DNA from: a virus
Lineage: Duplodnaviria > Caudoviricetes
Direction: 5' to 3' (one strand)
Virus record (IMG/VR): IMGVR_UViG_3300033480_000006
Coordinates: 1 to 43,691 of that record
Length of the DNA stretch: 43,691 nt
The position numbers and the translations under genes are program-made. Under the pieces are notes generated by a model. That model made no database searches. It saw nothing but the letters and a program-made list of their open reading frames with translations, and was not told where the DNA came from. Within the stretch, counting starts at the first letter, position 1. Each line of letters begins with the position of its first letter. Of the stretch, positions 1 through 8,146 are shown one piece after another.

Positions 1-1
1 T

Positions 2-127
2 GATCTCGGCCATCGCCAAGGCTCTGCAAGGCGCGCCGGCTACGATGACGCATGACTTCCACCTGTCCAACGTCCGCGGTTCGGACTGACCCCTCACCAT
101 CTGGAGAAACACATGCAAATCCGAATC
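2..127. repeat. 126-bp direct repeat identical to 43566-43691 (circular assembly overlap)
   Basis: Bases 2-127 match 43566-43691; base 1 (t) differs from 43565 (c). The ORF 43420-43653 and the start of 113-670 run through the junction. Confidence 0.95.
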
Positions 128-670
128 GACATTGACCCGCTGTTCGACAGCGCGGCGGAGCTGCTGGCCACTTCCGTATTCCTGGCCAAGCTCGCCGAGG
201 TCCCCAAGATTTCCAGGTTCAACGACATCTTGCCGCCCCAGCCGGAGGTGGGCCAAAACACCGGCAGCGCTGCATCGGGTCTTTCCCTTTCTACCGAGGG
301 CAGCGCCGTGACTGGCGCGGGGGCGGAGGCAGCCAGCACTGCCGATGAAGCCCCCGCGGCCGGCACGTCGGGCAGACCGCGCGGCCGCCCGCGCAAGGTG
401 ATTGAGCCCGCGCCCGAGGCAGCCGCGCCGCAAACCACGCAGGCTCCCGCAGAACCCGAAGCCAAGACTGAGGCGCCCTCGCCCTCCGGTGTCATCACCC
501 CCGCCACCAACCTCAACCTGGACGACCACGTGCGCCCGGCCCTGGGCGCCTACACCGCCAAGAACGGCATTGAGAAAGGCGTCGCCCTGCTGGCCGAGTT
601 CAACGCCAAGCGCGTCAGCGAACTGCAGCCCGAGCAGTACGCGGACTTCGTGAAGAAGTGTGAGGTGTGA
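113..670 (+). CDS. Hypothetical replication-module protein with AT-hook and Ala/Pro-rich linker
   Basis: GGAGA SD before ATG; GRPRGRPRK motif; C-terminal helical domain (LLAEFNAKRVSELQPEQYADF) of the type commonly found upstream of DUF2800 genes. Confidence 0.8.
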   Translation: MQIRIDIDPLFDSAAELLATSVFLAKLAEVPKISRFNDILPPQPEVGQNTGSAASGLSLSTEGSAVTGAGAEAASTADEAPAAGTSGRPRGRPRKVIEPAPEAAAPQTTQAPAEPEAKTEAPSPSGVITPATNLNLDDHVRPALGAYTAKNGIEKGVALLAEFNAKRVSELQPEQYADFVKKCEV

Positions 671-671
671 C

Positions 672-824
672 ATGAAACCGAAATTCAACATGGCGCAGAT
701 TTTCCTGGGGGCCATTGGAGTGGACAGCGCACTTCTGCTGCGCCACCACATCGGCCGCAGCCGGAGCCATACGAAAAAAGGCCCGGGTCGAGTACACCAG
801 CAGGGAAAGCGCGCGAAAGCATGA
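672..824 (+). CDS. Small basic hypothetical protein (50 aa, MKPKFNMAQIF...)
   Basis: GAGGTG SD before ATG 672; stop overlaps the next start (ATGA at 821-824); not in the ORF track. Confidence 0.6.
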   Translation: MKPKFNMAQIFLGAIGVDSALLLRHHIGRSRSHTKKGPGRVHQQGKRAKA

Positions 825-1933
825 GCACCCACGCCAAACTCTCCCCCTCTGCCGCCGAGCGCTGGATGACGTGTCCGGGCAGCGTGGTGCTGTCCGAGGG
901 CATGCCAGAGAAGTCGAGCGAGTTCGCCGAGGAAGGCACCCGGGCGCATAGCCTGGCGGAGCATCTGCTGCAGGGCAACCCGACGCCGGCCGATGCCGAT
1001 CCGGGCATGCTCGAACACGTGATGGTCTACGTGGAGCACGTCGAGGGCATCAAGGGCCACGCCGTGTCGCGTCACTACGAGCAGCGTGTGCACGTCAACG
1101 AGGACATCTACGGCACCGCTGACGCCATCGTGTGGCACGGCGATACCGATACGCTGTACGTGCGGGACTACAAGCATGGCGCTGGCGTGGCGGTCGAGGT
1201 GCAGGGCAACCTGCAGCTCAAGATCTACGCCCTGGCCGCCCTGTTGACAATGAAGTACCCCGCACGCCATGTCGATGTCGGAATCGTCCAGCCCCGCTGC
1301 CCGCACTCAGATGGTCCGATCCGCACCGTGCGCTTCGATGTGACGGAACTGGTGGACTTCCATGCGGATCTGCTGGATGCCGCGGAATCCGTGCAGATAG
1401 CGACGGAATCATACCGTCTCGGCCACTACGTAGAACCAGATTTTGTGCCATCGGAGAAAGGCTGCCGCTGGTGCCTGGCCGCCCCCAAGTGCCCCGCGCT
1501 CAAGAGCAAGGCGCAGGAATCGGCCAAGCAGGTGTTCGCGCCCGGCCTGCCCTACGATCCCAAGGCCCTGGCCGAGACACTGGACTTCCTGCCCATCTTG
1601 GAGGGCTGGATCAAGAACACCAGGGAGTTCGCCTACGGAGAAGCCGAGAAAGGCCACGAGGTTCCGAACTGGAAGCTGGTGGAGAAGCGGGCGTCGCGGA
1701 AGTGGAAGCAGGAAGAGGATTATGTTGCTGGGGCGCTGTCGAACTTCTTCCCGACTACGGAGATGTACGAGAAGAAGCTGCTCTCCCCTGCCGCCATCGA
1801 GAAGCTGCTACCCAAAGAGAAACGTGACGTGCTGGACGAACTCACCGTTAAGGAGAGTTCGGGTCACACTCTTGTTCACGAGAGTGACAAGAGGCCGGCG
1901 ATCAAGGTGGACGCCAAATCGGCGTTCGCTTAA
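821..1933 (+). CDS. DUF2800 / Cas4-like PD-(D/E)XK nuclease
   Basis: HAKLSPS..RW..CPGS N-terminus, EGTRAH, GTADA...DYKHG, QLKIYA, CRWC-x5-C cysteine cluster. Confidence 0.9.
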   Translation: MSTHAKLSPSAAERWMTCPGSVVLSEGMPEKSSEFAEEGTRAHSLAEHLLQGNPTPADADPGMLEHVMVYVEHVEGIKGHAVSRHYEQRVHVNEDIYGTADAIVWHGDTDTLYVRDYKHGAGVAVEVQGNLQLKIYALAALLTMKYPARHVDVGIVQPRCPHSDGPIRTVRFDVTELVDFHADLLDAAESVQIATESYRLGHYVEPDFVPSEKGCRWCLAAPKCPALKSKAQESAKQVFAPGLPYDPKALAETLDFLPILEGWIKNTREFAYGEAEKGHEVPNWKLVEKRASRKWKQEEDYVAGALSNFFPTTEMYEKKLLSPAAIEKLLPKEKRDVLDELTVKESSGHTLVHESDKRPAIKVDAKSAFA

Positions 1934-1958
1934 TTCAACTGCAACCTAGGATCTTAAA

Positions 1959-2525
1959 ATGGCTGAAAAACTGATCACCCCCGAATTCCGTGGCGCCTTC
2001 GTCCAGATCTTCCGCGCGAAAGCGCAGAAGCAGGCCGATGGCACCATGGGCAAGGCGAAGTTCTCCGTCAAGGCGGCGTTCCCGCCCAACACCGATCTGT
2101 CCGCGATGAAGAAGGAAGCCGAGGCTGCGGCCATGGAGAAGTGGGCCGGCAAACCCCCCAAGACCCTGCGCTCCCCCTTCCGTCTGAACGAAGAGCTCGA
2201 CAACCCCACGCCCGGCATCGGTGACGACTGGATCATCATGACCTTCAGCGCCAACGAAGACCGCCGGCCCGGCCTGGTGGACGCCAACCTCAACGACATC
2301 ATCGACGAGACCGAGGCCTACTCCGGCGCCTGGTACCGCGCCCAGGTGCGCTGCTACGCCTACGACCAGGCCGGCAATAAGGGCGTGAGCTTCGGCCTGG
2401 AGAACCTGCAGAAGCTCAAGGACGACGAACCGCTGGGCACGGGCGCCCGCACCCCCGCCAGCAAAGCCTTCGAAGCGGTCGGCGGCGGGGCCCCGGCGAA
2501 ATCGGCCAGCAGCCTGTTCGACTGA
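1959..2525 (+). CDS. DUF2815-type single-stranded DNA-binding protein
   Basis: EAYSGAWYRA...GNKGVSFGLENLQKLKDDEPLG motif; lies between the nuclease and the polymerase. Confidence 0.88.
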   Translation: MAEKLITPEFRGAFVQIFRAKAQKQADGTMGKAKFSVKAAFPPNTDLSAMKKEAEAAAMEKWAGKPPKTLRSPFRLNEELDNPTPGIGDDWIIMTFSANEDRRPGLVDANLNDIIDETEAYSGAWYRAQVRCYAYDQAGNKGVSFGLENLQKLKDDEPLGTGARTPASKAFEAVGGGAPAKSASSLFD

Positions 2526-2540
2526 CAACGTGTGCAAGTG

Positions 2541-2565
2541 AAGCGACCCTCCGGGGTCGCTTTTT
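2541..2565 (+). terminator. Rho-independent terminator after the SSB gene
   Basis: AAGCGACCC-TCCG-GGGTCGCTT hairpin running into a T5 tract. Confidence 0.8.
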
Positions 2566-2582
2566 GATAGAAGGGTAGCGCG

Positions 2583-4673
2583 GTGACGGTCCTCCACATT
2601 GACTTCGAAACATTCAGCGCCTGTGAGTTGAAAGAGGCGGGGCTGGACAACTACGCGCGCCATCCCACTACTGGTGTGCACTGCATGGCGTTCGCGTTCG
2701 ATGACGAGCCGGTGGGCATGTGGAAGTTTGGTGAAAAGAATGACGCAGGTGGTCGCGGCGGGCTTTCCCTATTCGGGCATGTCCGCGAAGGTGGACTCGT
2801 CTACGCCCACAACGCCGCGTTCGAACTCGCCATCTGGAACAACGTGTGCGTGCCCAAGTATGGCTGGCCCGTGCTCAAGCCCGAGCAGGTGCGCTGCACA
2901 ATGGCGATGGCCTATGCCATGTCTCTACCCAGCAGCCTTGACAAGGCGAGCGCCGCCGTCGGCATCGAGCAGCGCAAGGACATGACCGGCGCGCGCGTGA
3001 TGATGCAGCTGGCAAAGCCGAAAGCGCTGGGGCATTGGTCTGATTGCGCCACGCATAACGCTCCGGCGTATCCGGCGGGTTCGTGCGATTGCGGGGCCAA
3101 CGCCTCCATCTTCTGGACTCCCGAAGACGCCCCCGAAAAATTCCAACAGCTCTACGCCTACTGCAAGCAGGACGTGGAAGTCGAACGCGCACTGCACAAG
3201 TGCATGATGGAGCTCTCCGACTATGAACAGAAAATCTGGCAGATCGACTACCGCATCAATCAACGCGGGATCCAGGTCGACCTTGAAGCCGTCAATGCAG
3301 CCATCAAGCTGGTCGAGTCTGAGAAGGCCAGGCTCAATGCGGAGATGCTCAAGACGACAGGCGGCGTCGTCGGCTCCTGCACGGAAGTCCAGCTGCTGGT
3401 CAAGTGGATACGCAGTCAAGGCGTCGAGATTCGAGGACTGGCAAAAGCTGACGTCCTCGATGCGCTTTCTGAAACCGGGGGCGATCCACTACCTGATCGA
3501 GTCCGAACTGCGCTTATTCTCCGGCGTGAGGCCGCTAAGTCCAGCACTGCGAAGCTGATTGCTATGCGTGATGCCGCATCCGCTGATGGCCGAGTGCGCG
3601 GCATCCTGCAATACCATGGCGCCAACACCGGGCGCTGGGCCGGGCGCCGCATCCAGGTGCAGAACTTCCCCCGTGGCAACCTCAAACCCAAAGAGGTCGA
3701 CGAATTCTTGGGTTCTCTGCTGGCGCTCCGTGGCGGCCGGTGGACACCGGAAGCATTCTCCCGCTGGACCGACATGATGTACGGCCCGCCGCTGGACGTG
3801 CTCGCCTCGTGCCTGCGTGGCATGCTGGTGGCGGCGCCGGGCCACGAACTGGTAGCGGCGGACTTCAACGCCATCGAGGCGCGTGTGCTGGCCTGGTTGG
3901 CGGGCGAAGAGAAGGTGCTCGACATCTTCCGCACCCACGGCAAGATCTACGAGCACGCCGCAGCCGGTATCTACGACAAGCCGATGGAGCACATCGACAA
4001 GTCCGAGCGTCAAATCGGCAAAGTGGCTGTACTGGCGCTGGGCTACGGCGGTGGCATCGGCGCCTTCCAGTCCATGGCCCGCGTGTACGGTGTCAAGGTG
4101 GAAGACCACGAAGCCGACAACATCAAGAAGGCGTGGCGCGAAGCGCACCCACGCATCGTAGGCTACTGGCACGACCTGGAAAGTGCGGCCATCAACGCCG
4201 TGCAGCTGGGCTGTGTGTGCAAGGCGGGCGTGGCCGGCCGCCAAGTGCAGTTCAAGAAGAACGGATCTTTCCTGTGGTGCAAGCTGCCAAGCGGCCGTGT
4301 GCTGTGCTATCCATACCCCGAGGTGCGTGATGTTGAAGTACCGTGGGGCGGCACCAAGCCCGCGCTGTTCTACTGGAGCGTCAACGGCACCACCAACAAG
4401 TGGGAAGAAACCAACACCTACGGTGGGTCGCTCGCTGAAAACGTGACGCAGGCAGTGGCTCGTGATCTACTGGCAGACGCCATCGTATGGCTCGAAGAGA
4501 AAGGGTATCCTGTCGTGATGCACATACATGATGAGGTGGTGGTCGAAGTGCCCAGCACCGCGCCCGCGCACACGACGGAGCTGATCGAGAAGTTGATCTC
4601 CCAAACGCCAGCCTGGGCCGCAGGGCTGCCGGTGTCGGCGGAGGGGTGGAGAGGAAAGAGGTACAGGAAATGA
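2583..4673 (+). CDS. Family A DNA polymerase with 3'-5' exonuclease domain
   Basis: Exo I HIDFET, Exo II AHNAAFE, Exo III YCKQD; motif A ADFNAIEAR, motif B RQIGKVAVLALGYG, motif C HIHDE. Confidence 0.97.
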   Translation: MTVLHIDFETFSACELKEAGLDNYARHPTTGVHCMAFAFDDEPVGMWKFGEKNDAGGRGGLSLFGHVREGGLVYAHNAAFELAIWNNVCVPKYGWPVLKPEQVRCTMAMAYAMSLPSSLDKASAAVGIEQRKDMTGARVMMQLAKPKALGHWSDCATHNAPAYPAGSCDCGANASIFWTPEDAPEKFQQLYAYCKQDVEVERALHKCMMELSDYEQKIWQIDYRINQRGIQVDLEAVNAAIKLVESEKARLNAEMLKTTGGVVGSCTEVQLLVKWIRSQGVEIRGLAKADVLDALSETGGDPLPDRVRTALILRREAAKSSTAKLIAMRDAASADGRVRGILQYHGANTGRWAGRRIQVQNFPRGNLKPKEVDEFLGSLLALRGGRWTPEAFSRWTDMMYGPPLDVLASCLRGMLVAAPGHELVAADFNAIEARVLAWLAGEEKVLDIFRTHGKIYEHAAAGIYDKPMEHIDKSERQIGKVAVLALGYGGGIGAFQSMARVYGVKVEDHEADNIKKAWREAHPRIVGYWHDLESAAINAVQLGCVCKAGVAGRQVQFKKNGSFLWCKLPSGRVLCYPYPEVRDVEVPWGGTKPALFYWSVNGTTNKWEETNTYGGSLAENVTQAVARDLLADAIVWLEEKGYPVVMHIHDEVVVEVPSTAPAHTTELIEKLISQTPAWAAGLPVSAEGWRGKRYRK

Positions 4674-4834
4674 GCAAAATAACTGACCGGATAAAAAAGC
4701 GCCAAGCGGAGGAAGCAGAGCGGCGAAGAAAAGAAGATGAGTCGAACAGGGTAATAATCGTGTCCGCGTTGGCGCTAGGCATAGCCTTAGCTTCGGCGCC
4801 TCGTCCACGCAAAAAGAAATGGTGGCAGCTATGA
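4670..4834 (+). CDS. Small single-pass membrane protein (54 aa)
   Basis: ATGA overlaps at both ends; hydrophobic VIIVSALALGIALASA flanked by charged segments. Confidence 0.6.
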   Translation: MSKITDRIKKRQAEEAERRRKEDESNRVIIVSALALGIALASAPRPRKKKWWQL

Positions 4835-5034
4835 GCGACATCGCCGACGACGCAGACGGCCCAGCCGAAGCCTTCAACAAGGCGGCGCTGTGCCAGAAGA
4901 AACCCGAGGGCCCGAAGTACACTGGCTTCTGCGCGAACTGCGGTGAAGCCCTGGCGCCGCCGTTGCGGTGGTGCGACAAGGCGTGCATGGACGATGAACA
5001 GGCTCGGGTGGCCAAGGACTTCCGTGGAAACTAA
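4831..5034 (+). CDS. TraR/DksA-like C4 zinc-finger protein
   Basis: N-terminal MSDIADDA (DxxDxA) and CANC-x10-CDKAC; ATGA-coupled start. Confidence 0.7.
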   Translation: MSDIADDADGPAEAFNKAALCQKKPEGPKYTGFCANCGEALAPPLRWCDKACMDDEQARVAKDFRGN

Positions 5035-5515
5035 AACTTGCAACCGATGTGGTGAGAACAAATCGGTGTTGAATTTCGGAAATAGGGCGGCGGCGCTAGA
5101 CGGAAAAGACTGGAGTTGTATAACCTGCAGTCGGGAATACTACTCTCGATATCGGGAAGCTAACCGTGAAAGGGAAAACGCCAGACAACTTCAATGGGCC
5201 GCGGCCAATTGGACTAAACGGGTTGTCACGCACGCTAGAAGCAGAGCTAAGCGACTAGGTATTCCATGCGACATATCCTTCGAGGATATTGACCAACCAG
5301 CGAAATGCCCGATTTTAGGAATCGAACTTGACTATCGACGAGGCGGGCGAAAGAATCGGGATAACGCGCCTTCACTGGACAGAGTGGACCCGAAGCGAGG
5401 TTACGTAAAGGGTAATGTCCAAGTAATAAGCCAACGTGCTAACCGGATTAAAAATGACGCAACTCCCGAGGAGCTAAGAAAAGTTGCGGACTACATGGAG
5501 ATTCTATGGAGCTAA
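5024..5515 (+). CDS. Free-standing HNH-family endonuclease with N-terminal Zn finger
   Basis: GTG start with AAGGA SD; CNRC...CITC; CPILG...PSLDRVDPKRGYVKGNVQVISQRANRIKN; visibly lower GC than its neighbours. Confidence 0.85.
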   Translation: METKTCNRCGENKSVLNFGNRAAALDGKDWSCITCSREYYSRYREANRERENARQLQWAAANWTKRVVTHARSRAKRLGIPCDISFEDIDQPAKCPILGIELDYRRGGRKNRDNAPSLDRVDPKRGYVKGNVQVISQRANRIKNDATPEELRKVADYMEILWS

Positions 5516-7656
5516 ACATTAGGGATCTCGCACGGCAATTGGGGTCGGCCGGGTTTTACGTTTTTCCGATAAAACAAAATAGTAAGCTACCCGCGATAAC
5601 TGATTGGCCAAACGCGGCGGTGACGGGAGCGGAGGTTGAGAAGTGGGACTGGGCGGGTAACGTTGGCATTGCCACGGGGAAATTCGGCAACGGGAAAGCC
5701 TTAGTGACAATCGACATAGACAACAAGCACGGTAAGTTCGGCGATTGCAGCCTGCTTGAGCTCGAACTGCAAGGCTTCGATTTCCCTCTGACCATGGAGC
5801 AGGAAACCCCGAGTGGAGGAAGGCACCTCATCTATGTTTGCGACACACCACTTAAGCAGGGCGTGGACGTGCTGGGCAAAGGCCTGGACATCCGCAGCCG
5901 CGGCGGTTACATCGTGGGCCCCGGGAGCGAGATCGACGGTCGTGCCTACACTCTTACTCGTCGCGTGCCACCTGCTCCTGCGCCTGCTTGGCTGGTCGCT
6001 CGTCTTGGCGCTGCGCCTGATCGTCCCGCTGCTGATGTTCAGCCTCTTGCTGGTGTGGACCCTGGGCGCGCACACGGACGCGCAGTTGAGTACCTCAAGA
6101 CGGCGCCGATCGCAACCGAAGGAGACGGAGGAGATCTGACCACGTACAAGGTCGCCGCCAAGCTCAAGGATCTGGGGCTGACGGAGGATCAGGCGTTTAA
6201 GCTGATGGTCGATCACTGGAACGACCGCTGCGATCCTCCGTGGGGTTGGACCGACATCGCAGACAAAATCGACCATGCCTACCGTTACGGCAAAGAACCG
6301 CCTGGCGTGGCCGCCCCCGAGGCCGTGTTCTCCACCGGCGCGCCGCCGGCCGACGAGGACACCGGCGAGCACCCTGCCGATGTGTTGAACAAGGAATTCG
6401 CCTTCATCAAGCGCGGCGCCTTTGTGCTGCAGGAAACGACGGACGAGAAGGGGCGCGAGGTGACGGAGCACTTGTCGCCCAACGACATGCACGCCTGGTT
6501 CGCCAACAAGACCATCCAGGTGGGGGAGAAGCGCATCCCGCTATCCAAGATCTGGATGACGCGCACCTCGCGCCGCGAGTACGACGCTGTTGTGTTTGCA
6601 CCACAGCAAGACCCGGGCCCCCGCTGGTACAACCTGTGGCGTGGATTCAGCGTGGCGCCGGCCGACAGCGCCGATCACCCAGCGGTATCCGCGTTCCTCG
6701 ATCACGCGCTCAACAACGTGTGTGGCGGCGACAAGGAGCATTGCCGCTGGCTGCTGGGCTACTTCGCCCACATGATACAGAAGCCCTGGGAGAAACCGCT
6801 TGTGGCCCTGGTGTTCAAAGGCAAGAAGGGCGTGGGCAAGAACGCACTGGTCGAACGTGTCGGCCAGTTGCTGGGCCAACACTTCATGGTGGCCGACGAT
6901 GAGCGCTACCTGCTGGGCAACTTCAACTCCCACCTGGAATCCAACCTGTTCTTCGTGCTGGACGAGGCGAGCTGGGCCGGCGACAAGCGCGCTGAGGGCA
7001 AGCTCAAGGGACTGGTGACTGGCGCCAGCCACACCATCGAGCGCAAAGGGTCCGAGCCCTACAAGGTCGACAACCTCACCCGCGTGGCCATCATCGGCAA
7101 TGAGAAGTGGCTGGTGCCCGCCAGCACGGACGAGCGCCGATTCGCGGTGTTCAATGTGGGGGATGGCCGCCGGCAGGATCGCAAGTTCTTCGAGGACATG
7201 CGCGTCGGCATGGAACGTGGGGGCTACGCCCATTTGCTGCGCTTCCTGCTGGACTTCGACATCAGCGACATCGACATCAACGGCGCGCCGAATACACAGG
7301 GCCTGACCGAGCAGAAGCACGCCAGCCTGGAGCCCGTGGCGGAATGGTGGCTGGACTGCATCGGCAGCAACCAACTGGTCGGCAGTGACTGGGAAGGCAG
7401 CCTGCCACCCCTGGTGCCCACCAACCGCATGCGCCAGGCATTCGAGCACTGGGCGCGCGGGCGCAACATCCGCAGCCGGCTGCCCGGCCGCAACGACTTC
7501 ATGAAGGCCCTGGTCGAGATGGCGCCGGCCATGCCCAAGGTAAAGGCCCGGCCCGAGGACCCCGAAGATGCCACATACAGCTGGCGAAGTCCGGGGCTGG
7601 AGACGCTGCGCGCGAACTGGGAAGCCTACATAGGTGGGCCGGTGGATTGGACATAG
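5506..7656 (+). CDS. Bifunctional primase-polymerase (Prim-Pol) fused to a D5/SF3-like helicase
   Basis: VFPI..NSKLP, NVGIATG, IDID, TPSGGRHL, DIRSRGGYIVGPGS; Walker A GKKGVGKN, Walker B FVLDE, ERRF. Confidence 0.93.
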   Translation: MELNIRDLARQLGSAGFYVFPIKQNSKLPAITDWPNAAVTGAEVEKWDWAGNVGIATGKFGNGKALVTIDIDNKHGKFGDCSLLELELQGFDFPLTMEQETPSGGRHLIYVCDTPLKQGVDVLGKGLDIRSRGGYIVGPGSEIDGRAYTLTRRVPPAPAPAWLVARLGAAPDRPAADVQPLAGVDPGRAHGRAVEYLKTAPIATEGDGGDLTTYKVAAKLKDLGLTEDQAFKLMVDHWNDRCDPPWGWTDIADKIDHAYRYGKEPPGVAAPEAVFSTGAPPADEDTGEHPADVLNKEFAFIKRGAFVLQETTDEKGREVTEHLSPNDMHAWFANKTIQVGEKRIPLSKIWMTRTSRREYDAVVFAPQQDPGPRWYNLWRGFSVAPADSADHPAVSAFLDHALNNVCGGDKEHCRWLLGYFAHMIQKPWEKPLVALVFKGKKGVGKNALVERVGQLLGQHFMVADDERYLLGNFNSHLESNLFFVLDEASWAGDKRAEGKLKGLVTGASHTIERKGSEPYKVDNLTRVAIIGNEKWLVPASTDERRFAVFNVGDGRRQDRKFFEDMRVGMERGGYAHLLRFLLDFDISDIDINGAPNTQGLTEQKHASLEPVAEWWLDCIGSNQLVGSDWEGSLPPLVPTNRMRQAFEHWARGRNIRSRLPGRNDFMKALVEMAPAMPKVKARPEDPEDATYSWRSPGLETLRANWEAYIGGPVDWT
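5834..6139 (+). CDS. Putative overprinted membrane protein in the +1 frame of the primase gene (start uncertain: ATG 5834 or GTG 5942)
   Basis: About 40-aa Leu/Val-rich stretch plus an RRRR tail; primase-frame codons are abnormally T-ending over this stretch. Confidence 0.5.
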   Translation: MFATHHLSRAWTCWAKAWTSAAAAVTSWAPGARSTVVPTLLLVACHLLLRLLGWSLVLALRLIVPLLMFSLLLVWTLGAHTDAQLSTSRRRRSQPKETEEI

Positions 7657-7673
7657 CTATCAACGGAGCAAAC

Positions 7674-7889
7674 ATGATCGAATTCATATATGAACTCCCG
7701 GGCGGCCTGCCCCTCTATGTCCAATGCGAGGTGACGGAAGAAAGCATCCGCATCGCCGAGTGCGTCGGCCCGAATGGATACCCCGTCGACCCCGAGAAAA
7801 TCTGGATCGACAACGACAACATCGACGTGGGGCTGCTTCCGCTTACGTTGGTGCTCAAGCAGGAAGCGGGGGAGCGAGGTTCCTCATGA
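7674..7889 (+). CDS. Hypothetical acidic protein (71 aa)
   Basis: GGAG SD before ATG 7674; ATGA overlap with the next gene. Confidence 0.7.
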   Translation: MIEFIYELPGGLPLYVQCEVTEESIRIAECVGPNGYPVDPEKIWIDNDNIDVGLLPLTLVLKQEAGERGSS

Positions 7890-8146
7890 AGCTACAACCA
7901 ATGGCCGAAGAATCGAAACGCATACGTGAGAACGGGCGCCACCGACCGTTGCGGTCCTTCAGAGAGTTGTGCGAAGAACTTGGGGTAGACCATACACGGC
8001 TTGTGCGTTTGTTGGGCAAGCATCCGGGGCCCAAGCCAAAAATAAATCACTCTGCCCGGGCGGCGGTTCATGCCAATTCCTGGTATGACCCCCTAGAGGT
8101 ACGCGCTTGGTGGGGAAGCCTGACGCTGGAGCAGAAACGTGGCTGA
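7886..8146 (+). CDS. xis: Excisionase / AlpA-like winged-helix protein
   Basis: SFRELCEELGVDHTRLVRL HTH-like segment, PKP, WYDPLEVRAWW; directly upstream of and overlapping the integrase. Confidence 0.65.
   Translation: MKLQPMAEESKRIRENGRHRPLRSFRELCEELGVDHTRLVRLLGKHPGPKPKINHSARAAVHANSWYDPLEVRAWWGSLTLEQKRG

Noticed and set aside
2-127. Biological direct terminal repeat
   Set aside because: It falls in the middle of genes and its length matches a typical assembly k-mer overlap. The real termini are more plausibly near terS/terL.
5024-5515. Group I intron or intein carrying the HNH gene
   Set aside because: The flanking genes are complete and separate, the HNH overlaps both, and there is no room for ribozyme structure.
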